From a virus: a stretch of DNA of 46,068 nt. The position numbers were made by a program, and so were the translations under genes. Shown here piece after piece: positions 34,889 to 43,145 of this stretch. The stretch's first letter is position 1, and each line of letters begins with the position of its first letter. The notes below the pieces were generated by a model. That model saw only the letters and a list, made by a program, of their open reading frames with translations. It did not search any database and was not told where the DNA came from. The stretch lies in the IMG/VR virus record IMGVR_UViG_3300045988_011650; one strand, written 5' to 3'.

Positions 34889-35312
34889 CGCTGTGGAGGT
34901 AGTAAAAAAGGCGGCTGTGGAAGCCGTGGAAGCTGGAAAACCTGTGAACCTGTTGTTTGGTGAAGTTATTTCAGCTTCCCCCTTGAAAATTCAGGTTGAC
35001 CAAAAGGCCATTTACACTGAAAAAATGTTGGTGCTTACCCGGAATGTTACGGATTTTGAAGTTGATATGACGGTAAGCCACCGGACAGTTGTTATCAGTC
35101 ACGGCCACCCGGTAGTTGACACCTATACCGGCGGTGGTTCGGCCACCCCTGTTGACCACAACCACCCCATCAAGGGCCGAAAGAAATTCAAGGTTCACAA
35201 TGCCCTTGTAGTTGGGGATTGGGTCGTTCTGGCCCGGATGCAGAAGGGGAAAAAATTTGTGGTGCTGGATCGTATCAAAGCGAACCCGGCCCTGAAGGGG
35301 GAATGGCTATGA
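34872..35312 (+). CDS. XkdR-like (DUF2577) baseplate spike-associated protein
   Basis: Synteny; GKPVNLLFGEVISASPLKIQVDQK. Confidence 0.65.
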   Translation: MNLLPNAVEVVKKAAVEAVEAGKPVNLLFGEVISASPLKIQVDQKAIYTEKMLVLTRNVTDFEVDMTVSHRTVVISHGHPVVDTYTGGGSATPVDHNHPIKGRKKFKVHNALVVGDWVVLARMQKGKKFVVLDRIKANPALKGEWL

Positions 35313-35710
35313 TCCCACAGACCGGGGATGATTTGCGGCAGGATTTTGAATTTGAAACCCTTCCCAGCAGAACCTTCCGCCTGAACCATAACACTTTGAC
35401 CATCATCGGAACCATTGATGAAATTGAAGCGGTGGAACAGGCAGTATATCTGATTTTGAATACAGAACGGTATCAATGGTTGATCCATTCTTGGGATTAT
35501 GGGGTTGAACTTCATAACCTGATCGGAAAAGATGTGGAATATTGTATTCCAGAAATTGAACGGCGAATCCGGGAAGCCTTGCTTCAGGATGATAGGATCA
35601 CCGCCGTTGAAAACTTTGAATTCACAGTGAACAAAAAACAAGTGCTGACTACCTTCACGGTGGTCAGCATTTTTGGTGAAATCAACACAGAAATGGGGGT
35701 TGAAATCTGA
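35309..35710 (+). CDS. XkdS-like (DUF2634) baseplate protein
   Basis: MIPQTGDDLRQDFEFETLPSRTFRL...; ATGA overlap start. Confidence 0.65.
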   Translation: MIPQTGDDLRQDFEFETLPSRTFRLNHNTLTIIGTIDEIEAVEQAVYLILNTERYQWLIHSWDYGVELHNLIGKDVEYCIPEIERRIREALLQDDRITAVENFEFTVNKKQVLTTFTVVSIFGEINTEMGVEI

Positions 35711-36942
35711 TGTATGAAGCGCAAACCTATGAATCTATCTTGGCACGGATGCTTCAGAAGGCCCTTTCCATTAACAGCAACCTTGATACCCGTGAAGGTT
35801 CGTTGGTGTGGTATGGGGATGCCCCCGCCGCTGTGGAATTGCAGAACCTTTATATTGCCCTTGATACCGTGCTGAATGAAACCTTTGCCGATACCGCCAC
35901 CCGCCCTTATTTGATTTTGAGAGCGGCGGAACGGGGCCTTTCCCCGCAACCGGCAAGCCCCGCCATTTTGCAAATGGCAATTACACCCACTACTTTGTTC
36001 TTGCCGCTGAACACCCGCTTTTCCATTGGGGAATTGAACTATTATGTTTCGGCGGATCGGGGAAGCGGCAACTATGAATTGACCTGTGAAACGGCTGGTG
36101 AAGCTGGCAATAACTACACCGGAACGGTGATCCCCATTGAATATGTGGATGGCCTTGAAACCTGTAAAATCACTTCGGTGTTGGTTCCCGGTGAAGATGA
36201 AGAAGATACCGAACTTTTCAGACAAAGATACCTTAACAGCTTGAATGCCCAAGCCTTCGGCGGAAACCAGATTGACTATATTGAAAAGGTCAATGCCATT
36301 CCCGGCGTTGGTGGGGTGAAGGTTTACCGGGCTTGGAATGGGGATTTGAAACCGGCCAACATGATCCCGCCCAAGGAAGCTGAAGCGTGGATTGAGGGCC
36401 TTTCCGGGGTTCCCGAACCGGTGAAACTTTGGCTTGATACCGTTTATGCCGCCGCCAAGAACAATATGTTCACTGTGGGCGGAACTGTGAAGCTGGTGGT
36501 GATCAACAGCACCTTCACGGTTCCTTCCCCCACACTGGTAGAACAGGTTCAAACCGCCGTTGACCCCCTTCAGAATGCCGGGGAAGGCGTTGGAATTGCC
36601 CCCATCGGCCATGTGGTCAGGGTGGAAGGTGTTCAGGAAGAAACCGTTGATTTGGGCTTTGCCCTGTATTATCAACGGGGATGGTCTTGGGAAGATGTTT
36701 CCGGGTATGTCACGGAAGCAATTAACGGGTACTTCTTGGAACTGGCCCAAAGTTGGGCGGATCAGGATGAAGCCCTTGTGGTTCGTATCAGCCAAATTGA
36801 AAGCCGCCTGTTGGGTATCACCGGTATTTTGGATATTGCCAACACCACGATCAATGAAAAAGCCGCCAATCATACATTGGCCCTTGACCATATCCCGGTG
36901 TTGGGTTCCCTTGCACCAACCACTATTGAAATTAAGGCATAA
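35710..36942 (+). CDS. Baseplate J-like protein (XkdT-like)
   Basis: YESILARMLQKA...DTREGSLVWYGDAPAAVELQNLY; 410 aa. Confidence 0.85.
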   Translation: MYEAQTYESILARMLQKALSINSNLDTREGSLVWYGDAPAAVELQNLYIALDTVLNETFADTATRPYLILRAAERGLSPQPASPAILQMAITPTTLFLPLNTRFSIGELNYYVSADRGSGNYELTCETAGEAGNNYTGTVIPIEYVDGLETCKITSVLVPGEDEEDTELFRQRYLNSLNAQAFGGNQIDYIEKVNAIPGVGGVKVYRAWNGDLKPANMIPPKEAEAWIEGLSGVPEPVKLWLDTVYAAAKNNMFTVGGTVKLVVINSTFTVPSPTLVEQVQTAVDPLQNAGEGVGIAPIGHVVRVEGVQEETVDLGFALYYQRGWSWEDVSGYVTEAINGYFLELAQSWADQDEALVVRISQIESRLLGITGILDIANTTINEKAANHTLALDHIPVLGSLAPTTIEIKA

Positions 36943-36955
36943 GGGGTGGTGACTG

Positions 36956-37498
36956 ATGGAACGAAAACTGATTGATTACCTACCCTATGCGATGCGAGAT
37001 TTCAAGGAATATGAAGGGATCATGGAGAGTGAACAGCCTGAATTTGATCAGGCGTGGAACAATGCTGATGATCTTTTGAACAATCAGTTCATTTCCACCG
37101 CTGGAAATGTGGGCCTTTCCCGATGGGAAAAGATTTTGGAGATCACGCCCAAGGGGACTGACAGCCTTGAAGATCGCCGGTTCCGTATTTTGACCAGAAT
37201 CAATGAAGAACTTCCTTACACCCTTCCGCAACTTCGGAATATCCTTGAAACCCTTTGTGGGCCGGGGAACTATTCAGCGGATGTGGCAGAAGGAACCTAT
37301 CACCTGATTGTGAAAATTGGGTTGGCGGCAAAAAACAATTTCACCGATGTTGAATCCTTGCTGAACAGAGTGGTTCCACAAAACCTGATTGTAACCCTTC
37401 TTCAGCTCTATAACACCCACGCTGAACTTGGACGCTTTACCCACTCCCAGCTTGCCGCCCATACCCATGACCAATTAAGAAACGAGGTGCTTAACTGA
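36956..37498 (+). CDS. XkdU-like (DUF2313) tail protein
   Basis: LIDYLPYAMRDFKEYEGIMESEQPEFDQAWN...LSRWEKILEI. Confidence 0.75.
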   Translation: MERKLIDYLPYAMRDFKEYEGIMESEQPEFDQAWNNADDLLNNQFISTAGNVGLSRWEKILEITPKGTDSLEDRRFRILTRINEELPYTLPQLRNILETLCGPGNYSADVAEGTYHLIVKIGLAAKNNFTDVESLLNRVVPQNLIVTLLQLYNTHAELGRFTHSQLAAHTHDQLRNEVLN

Positions 37499-39354
37499 TG
37501 CCCAATCAAACCACAAACTATGGGCTGACCAAACCCCTTGCTTCTGAATTTTATGATGTTGAAGTTCAGAATGGCAACATGGACAAGATTGATGCCCAAA
37601 TGAAAACCAATGCCGATGGTATCAAAGACCTTCAGGATGGGCAGAAAAACAAGGCTGATTTGGTGGGTGGGAAGGTTCCCGCTGAACAGCTTCCCACTAT
37701 GGACTATGAAGCAAAGGGCACCGCTGAACAGGTTGTAACCACCCACGATGGAAACAAGAAAGCCCACCCCTATTTGTTGGGGCAGATTGAAACCTGTGTG
37801 ACAGCGGCGCAGAATGCCCAAGATGCCGCAGATGCGGCCTTGGAAGCTGTGTCCAAGATCGCTTTCACCATCAATGCGGTTCCCACTCAAAACGGTGTTC
37901 TGACCTATAACGGACAGGCCCAAAGCCCTTCTTGGAACAGCTATGATCCTAACGCCATGACCCTTGGGGGAGTGACTACCGGCACCGATGCCGGGACTTA
38001 TACGGCCACCTTCACCCCCAAGGAAAAATATCAATGGAGTGATGGCACCAAGACCGCAAAACAGGTTACATGGAAGATTGACCGGGCTTCTATGGCGGCA
38101 CCTACCCAAAGCGGAAGCCTTACCTTCAATGGTTCCCCGCAAAGCCCTTCTTGGTCGGGGTATGACACCGGGAAAATGACCCTTGGAGGAACTACCACAG
38201 GCACCAATGCGGGAAGCTATAACGCCACCTTTACCCCCAGTGCAAACTACAAATGGAGTGATGGAAGCACCGGTACAAAAACTGTGGTTTGGAGAATTGG
38301 GAAGGCCGCTGGAAGTTTGTCTTTGAATAAAACTTCCATGAAGCTGACCGCCGCCAAGAAAACAGACACCATCACAGTTACCAGAGCCGGTGACGGTGTT
38401 ATTACGGCCACTTCTAATGCGTCTGGCGTGGCTTCTGTGAGCGTTTCGGGCAACACGGTAACAGTTACCGCCAAGGCCAAGGGAAAGGCTACAATCACGG
38501 TTTCTGTGGCCGCTGGCACCAATCACAACGCCCCGGCAAATAAAACCTGTTCGGTTGAAGTGACCATGCCCACCAAAAACCTTTCTGATAATGATTGGGC
38601 CACCATTCGGGAAGTGAGTAGCGCCGGTTTGGGTGCCAACTATTGGGCTGTGGGTGATATGAAAGAAATCACCATCAATGGTAAAGTTGGCAACCACACC
38701 TTTAGCAATTTGAAGATCAATGTTTTCATCATCGGGTTCAATCACAATGCCGCCAAGGAAGGCAACAATCTGATTCACTTCCAGATTGGAAAGATGGGAA
38801 CAACCCCTGTGGCGCTGTGTGATGCAAAGTATGGTAATAGTATAAGCGGGGCTGGCTATTTCCACATGAATGATTCCAACACCAATGCTGGTGGCTGGAA
38901 TGGCTGTTCCAAACGGAAAACCTTGTATGGAAACACTGGCACCCCCACCAGCCCAATCAGCAATAGCTTGATGGCGGCGCTTCCGGCTGACCTTCGGGCC
39001 GTGATGCAACCTGTAACCAAATATACTGATAACACGGGCAATTCTTCCAATAGTGCGGGCAATGTTACCGCCACAAGGGATTACCTGTTTGATCTGGCCG
39101 AATTTGAAGTGTTTGGAGTAAGAAACTACGCCAACCAATATGAGCAGAACAGCCAACAGCAGTATGCTTATTATAAGGCCGGTAACAGTAAGGTTGCCAA
39201 TAATCATACCGCCGTGAATACGGCGGTTTGGTGGGGCCTTCGTTCCCCTTATTACAATCACAACAACTATTTCGTTATTGTCTGGACGGATGGCATCACC
39301 ACCGATACCATTGCCAATTATTCTGGTGGGTTGCGGCCCGGCTTTGCCGCCTAA
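37498..39354 (+). CDS. Tail fibre / receptor-binding protein; DGR target with a C-terminal variable region
   Basis: N-terminus MPNQTTNYGLTKP...; two Ig-like repeats plus a Big_2-like segment; C-terminal WWGLRSP...GGLRPGF carries the VR. Confidence 0.9.
   Translation: MPNQTTNYGLTKPLASEFYDVEVQNGNMDKIDAQMKTNADGIKDLQDGQKNKADLVGGKVPAEQLPTMDYEAKGTAEQVVTTHDGNKKAHPYLLGQIETCVTAAQNAQDAADAALEAVSKIAFTINAVPTQNGVLTYNGQAQSPSWNSYDPNAMTLGGVTTGTDAGTYTATFTPKEKYQWSDGTKTAKQVTWKIDRASMAAPTQSGSLTFNGSPQSPSWSGYDTGKMTLGGTTTGTNAGSYNATFTPSANYKWSDGSTGTKTVVWRIGKAAGSLSLNKTSMKLTAAKKTDTITVTRAGDGVITATSNASGVASVSVSGNTVTVTAKAKGKATITVSVAAGTNHNAPANKTCSVEVTMPTKNLSDNDWATIREVSSAGLGANYWAVGDMKEITINGKVGNHTFSNLKINVFIIGFNHNAAKEGNNLIHFQIGKMGTTPVALCDAKYGNSISGAGYFHMNDSNTNAGGWNGCSKRKTLYGNTGTPTSPISNSLMAALPADLRAVMQPVTKYTDNTGNSSNSAGNVTATRDYLFDLAEFEVFGVRNYANQYEQNSQQQYAYYKAGNSKVANNHTAVNTAVWWGLRSPYYNHNNYFVIVWTDGITTDTIANYSGGLRPGFAA
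37879..38307 (+). repeat. Two tandem ~70-aa Ig-like repeats inside the tail-fibre gene
   Basis: PTQNGVLTYNGQAQSPSWNSYDPNAMTLGGVTTGTDAGTYTATFTPKEKYQWSDGT versus PTQSGSLTFNGSPQSPSWSGYDTGKMTLGGTTTGTNAGSYNATFTPSANYKWSDGS. Confidence 0.8.
39222..39345 (+). repeat. DGR variable repeat (VR)
   Basis: 113/124 identical to TR 40267-40390; all 11 differences lie opposite TR adenines. Confidence 0.9.
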
Positions 39355-39382
39355 TCCCCCGCAGGATGATCCCGGCCTTATC

Positions 39383-39402
39383 CCGCCCCCGGAAGGGGGC
39401 GG
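39383..39402 (+). promoter_or_regulatory. GC hairpin downstream of VR (candidate DGR target-recognition stem-loop)
   Basis: CCGCCCCC-GGAA-GGGGGCGG, perfect 8-bp stem and 4-nt loop, 38 nt after the VR end. Confidence 0.6.
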
Positions 39403-39435
39403 TTCCGGGAGGGACCCCCAAAGAAAAATAAGAAT

Positions 39436-39463
39436 GGCGGCGTAAGCCGCCCGACGATTTTTT
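39436..39463 (+). terminator. Candidate terminator after the tail-fibre gene
   Basis: GGCGGC-GTAA-GCCGCC, then cgacga and T6. Confidence 0.5.
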
Positions 39464-39573
39464 GAAAATGGGGGTTTTCCGGTAAAGTGCTATCATTTGA
39501 CTGTCTTTTGAGTGCATACACCGGACAAAATCAGCCATACAATATCCATAAGCCTGTTTGAAGGGGGTATTGT

Positions 39574-39762
39574 ATGGCAACAAACAAGCGTGTTTTCACC
39601 TTGCGCCTATCCGATGAAGTCTTTGACAAGATCGGGGCGCTTGCAACCCGTGAACACCGATCTATCACCAATTACATTGAATTTGTCCTTCTGAAGCACT
39701 TGGAAGAAGTGGAAAAGGCGGAAGGAACGATCAATGTCGATAATTCACCCAAAGGGGTATAA
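39574..39762 (+). CDS. Ribbon-helix-helix (Arc/CopG-like) DNA-binding protein
   Basis: KRVFTLRLSDEVFDKIGALATREHRSITNYIEFVLLKHLEE (beta strand, helix, helix pattern); RBS AAGGGGG. Confidence 0.7.
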   Translation: MATNKRVFTLRLSDEVFDKIGALATREHRSITNYIEFVLLKHLEEVEKAEGTINVDNSPKGV

Positions 39763-39768
39763 CTGAAA

Positions 39769-40230
39769 ATGTCTGTCCTGAAGCAAAAGAGAACCACAAG
39801 CAAGGCCGAGTTCATCAACACGGCCAATCAGATTTATGTTGAAACCCTGAACTTCCTGACCCGTCTTTCAGCCCGGTATTCACGGTTGATTGCGGAGCCG
39901 GTGGCAAAGCTGGCCGGTGAGATCATCGACCATGCAGAGAAGGCCAACAGTATTTTTCCTTCGGACAACCAGCGCATTGAAATGAGGAAGGCCCATCTTC
40001 TTGAAGCACGGGCTTCCCTGATGGCGCTGGATGTTCGCTTGACCCATGTTTACCTGATTCTGAACCAGAACCCGGAAGGGGCCTTTACCACTTCCAAGGG
40101 GAATCCGGTGAAGTCACAGGATGCAATGGAAAAGCTGGATAAGATGGCCCAAAACTTGGGTGAACTGATCGACAAAGAAAACGAACTTCTGAAAGGAGCA
40201 ATCAAAAATGTAACAGCAAAACAGAAATGA
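39769..40230 (+). CDS. avd: Avd-like helical-bundle DGR accessory protein (putative)
   Basis: 153 aa, predicted all-helical, sits directly upstream of TR as avd does in canonical DGRs; HLLEARASLMALDVRL. Confidence 0.55.
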   Translation: MSVLKQKRTTSKAEFINTANQIYVETLNFLTRLSARYSRLIAEPVAKLAGEIIDHAEKANSIFPSDNQRIEMRKAHLLEARASLMALDVRLTHVYLILNQNPEGAFTTSKGNPVKSQDAMEKLDKMAQNLGELIDKENELLKGAIKNVTAKQK

Positions 40231-40266
40231 TTTCCTATTAGGTGCGTGACTGTTAATGTGTCCTCT

Positions 40267-40390
40267 GGCGGTTTGGTGGGGCCTTCGTTCCCCTAATTAC
40301 AATAACAACAACAATTTCGTTATTGTCTGGACGGATGGCAACAACAACAATAACAATGCCAATAATTCTGGTGGGTTGCGGCCCGGATTT
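40267..40390 (+). repeat. DGR template repeat (TR)
   Basis: Adenine-rich (33 A by my count); 12 AAY codons when read in the VR frame; non-coding position between avd and the RT gene. Confidence 0.9.
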
Positions 40391-40630
40391 TGCAGATATA
40401 CACGGTCAAATGTAGTAACAGAAGGCAAACGGCTTTTCAGGTGAAAGACGACCGATGTAAAAGGAGTTGCGCTTCCTTGGGTGTAAATCCCTAAAACTGC
40501 CCTTTGATGCCCTTACACGGACGCTTCTTGCATGGTGGGCGATTGTGCCTTAACCCATTTCATGTGTAAGAGCAAAGCAATTTAGACGGCACCCTACAAG
40601 ATATTTGTACGAGGGGCGAATACTTTTATT
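40267..40630 (+). ncRNA. DGR template RNA (TR plus ~240-nt spacer before the RT gene)
   Basis: No credible ORF between the TR end and the RT start; by analogy with known DGRs the TR-spacer RNA is the RT template and primer. Confidence 0.5.
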
Positions 40631-41803
40631 ATGACAAGCCAAGAACGGCATGAAGCGAGGTTCCAGCGCCGCAAAGCAAAGCGGTTGGAACGGAAACAGG
40701 CCCGGTGTGATAGCCTTGGGTCAACGAATAAAATATTTTCCTATCGGAAGATGTTCTTCTACGGGAAAAAGTGCTGTAACGGGGTGCGGTGGAAGCAAAG
40801 TGTTCAAAACTTTGAAGGCCACCTGTTTTCTGGTACGGCAACACGGCGGCGAATGGTGTTGGAACAGACTTGGAAACCAAAATCCTGTTCCCATTTCACC
40901 CTTCGGGAACGGGGAAAAATCCGCCCGATAGATGCCCCGCACATTACGGATCGACAAATCCACAAAACCCTGTGTAATGAAGTCCTGATCCCGTTGTATT
41001 CCCCTTCTATGATCTATGACAACGGCGCAAGCCAAAAGGGAAAGGGCCTTCATTGGCAGTTCAAACGGATCAAACAACAGCTTGGATGGCATTACCGGCG
41101 CTATGGCCGGGAAGGTGCTGTGTTGCTGTTGGATTTGAAAGGGTTCTTTCCAAACGCTTCCCACGCCCTGTTATATCAGCGGCACCGGGAATTGATTTTG
41201 AATCCTGAACTTCAAAACTTGGCTGATACTGTAATCCGGTATTCCCCATGCCCGACACCGGGCCGGGGGATGCCTTTGGGCGTGGAGCCTTCCCAACAGG
41301 AAATGGTGGCGTTACCAAGTAAAATTGACCAATGGATCAAGTGTCAGGCCCGTGTTCATTGCGCCGGTCATTACATGGATGATTACTATGCGTTCTTCCC
41401 CACGGTGGATGAAGCAAAGCTGATGGGCCATGAAATTGTACGGCGTTTTGAAGCCGCTGGAATCAAAGTGAACAAGCGTAAATGTAAGGTGATCCCGCTT
41501 ACAAAGCCATTCCGGTTCTGTAAAGCACGGTTCACCCTTACCGAAACCGGCAAGATCAAGGTGAATGGAAGCCGGGATGGAGTGAAACGGGCAAGGCGAA
41601 AGCTGAAGCTGTTTCACAAAGAGTTCAAAGAGGGAAAACGATCCTTCTTTGACATAGAACAATACATGGAGTGCCAAAGCGCCTATTACCGGAACTTCAA
41701 CGATCATGGACGGTTGTTAAGGTCGCGGCGGCTTTACCATGCAATCTTTTTCGGAGGTGGACAATGTTTAGAATCATCAAAGCCGGGGCCGGTATCGGCC
41801 TGA
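40631..41803 (+). CDS. DGR reverse transcriptase
   Basis: RPIDAPHITDRQIH, LLLDLKGFFPN (motif A), GMPLGVEPSQ (DGR-type [LIV]GxxxSQ), HYMDDYYAF (YMDD). Confidence 0.9.
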   Translation: MTSQERHEARFQRRKAKRLERKQARCDSLGSTNKIFSYRKMFFYGKKCCNGVRWKQSVQNFEGHLFSGTATRRRMVLEQTWKPKSCSHFTLRERGKIRPIDAPHITDRQIHKTLCNEVLIPLYSPSMIYDNGASQKGKGLHWQFKRIKQQLGWHYRRYGREGAVLLLDLKGFFPNASHALLYQRHRELILNPELQNLADTVIRYSPCPTPGRGMPLGVEPSQQEMVALPSKIDQWIKCQARVHCAGHYMDDYYAFFPTVDEAKLMGHEIVRRFEAAGIKVNKRKCKVIPLTKPFRFCKARFTLTETGKIKVNGSRDGVKRARRKLKLFHKEFKEGKRSFFDIEQYMECQSAYYRNFNDHGRLLRSRRLYHAIFFGGGQCLESSKPGPVSA

Positions 41804-42372
41804 CCGAGAACCTGAACTACATCAAAAAAGCCGAAAATGGTTGCTACATCCTTTGCCCGGAGCATGATGCTTCGGGCATTGTTTTTGAGGGTGTGGCTTA
41901 CCATTTGTTGGGCCGTGCCGCTATGGATGAACTGGAAACGGTGAGTTTGGAACAGACGGACGCAGGAAGCGAGATCACCAAGGCCACGGAAGCCGGTGGA
42001 ATCGTCTTTGTAACCTTGGCGGAAGCCGGGAGCATTGACGCTGAAACGGCGGCGGAACACGCTGATTTGTTCGCTGAATGGGCTTTCCCTGTTGGCTACA
42101 CGGTGGGGCAGATTCGCCGGTATAACGGAACCCTTTACAAGTGCGTTCAGGCCCATACTTCCCAAGCGGATTGGACACCGGACACGGCTTCCAGTCTGTG
42201 GAGCAAAACGAGTGATCCCGCTGAAGAATGGCCCGAATGGAGCCAACCGGTGGGAGCGCATGACGCTTATTCCAAGGGGGCAAAGGTGAGCCATAAGGAA
42301 AAGCACTGGATTTCCACGGTGGATTCCAATGTGTGGGAACCCGGTGTATATGGTTGGGAGGAATCGGCTTAA
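41764..42372 (+). CDS. CBM5/12-like carbohydrate-binding repeat protein (tail accessory candidate)
   Basis: Start at MFRIIKAG after GGAGGTGG, overlapping the RT gene 3' end by 40 nt; YNGTLYKCVQAHTSQADWTPDTASSLWSK and YSKGAKVSHKEKHWISTVDSNVWEPGVYGWEE. Confidence 0.65.
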   Translation: MFRIIKAGAGIGLTENLNYIKKAENGCYILCPEHDASGIVFEGVAYHLLGRAAMDELETVSLEQTDAGSEITKATEAGGIVFVTLAEAGSIDAETAAEHADLFAEWAFPVGYTVGQIRRYNGTLYKCVQAHTSQADWTPDTASSLWSKTSDPAEEWPEWSQPVGAHDAYSKGAKVSHKEKHWISTVDSNVWEPGVYGWEESA

Positions 42373-42770
42373 TGGAGTATAAAATCTATATTTGCCGCAA
42401 ACGGGCCAAATTCAAAGCAATTTGCGGACAAGTGAACATTCGGTATGGAACCATCCTGAATTGTCAGGGTGGTTTTTTGATTCTGAATGATCTTCCGGTG
42501 TGTTCCGTAACCAGCCAAAACGCCTATGACTTCTTTACCCAAAATGATGATGGCATGGGCGAGGAAAGGGGCGAACTTCTGAACCGGATCACCGCAACGC
42601 TGATGAAGCAGACCCCCGGACACAACGCCCGGTGGGGGAAGATTTGGGAAGATGCCCTTTGTCAGAAGTACAAGCGCCCGGATCAGGAAGAACATTGGAT
42701 TTGGAACTTCGACTTCTATAACGGCCCCGTTGAAGATTTGCGCCACATTGCCGCCCTGATTGGGGCCTGA
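42372..42770 (+). CDS. Hypothetical protein
   Basis: Start at MEYKIYICRK (TAATG overlap), 132 aa. Confidence 0.55.
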   Translation: MEYKIYICRKRAKFKAICGQVNIRYGTILNCQGGFLILNDLPVCSVTSQNAYDFFTQNDDGMGEERGELLNRITATLMKQTPGHNARWGKIWEDALCQKYKRPDQEEHWIWNFDFYNGPVEDLRHIAALIGA

Positions 42771-42785
42771 CAGGAGGGGAAAGCC

Positions 42786-43097
42786 ATGACAATTTATCAG
42801 GTGTTGTGCTTGATTGGTGTTCCCACCTTGATTTTGGCGGTATTCAAATACCTGTGGAGCCAAATCAAGCATAACACCGAGGATTCCAAGGCTTTGAAGG
42901 CCGGTATTCAGGCCCTTCTTCGGGCGCAGATGATCAGCGATTTCAATAAGTATTCCGAAAAAGGCTATGCCCCGATCTATGCACGGGATAATTTTGAAAA
43001 TTGCTGGAAGCAGTATCATTCTTTGGGGGTGAATGGGGTGATGGACGATCTTCACAGAAAATTCTTGGAGTTGCCCACCGATCCCCCGGAAGAATGA
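42786..43097 (+). CDS. Single-pass membrane protein (lysis-cassette associated)
   Basis: N-terminal IYQVLCLIGVPTLILAVFKYLW transmembrane segment. Confidence 0.55.
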   Translation: MTIYQVLCLIGVPTLILAVFKYLWSQIKHNTEDSKALKAGIQALLRAQMISDFNKYSEKGYAPIYARDNFENCWKQYHSLGVNGVMDDLHRKFLELPTDPPEE

Positions 43098-43145
43098 GTA
43101 GACGAACCAAAAAGCCAAAGCGTGAGTTTTCCAAACTGATCTTGT

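Larger units (their letters stand above)
39222..41803 (+). mobile_element. Diversity-generating retroelement cassette (VR, hairpin, RHH, avd, TR, RT)
   Basis: See the component features; canonical target-avd-TR-RT order. Confidence 0.9.

Noticed and set aside
40256-40444. 62-aa ORF rich in Asn (MCPLAVWWGLRSPNYNNNNNF...)
   Set aside because: This is the DGR template repeat read in the VR frame. It has no RBS, and TR is expected to be non-coding.
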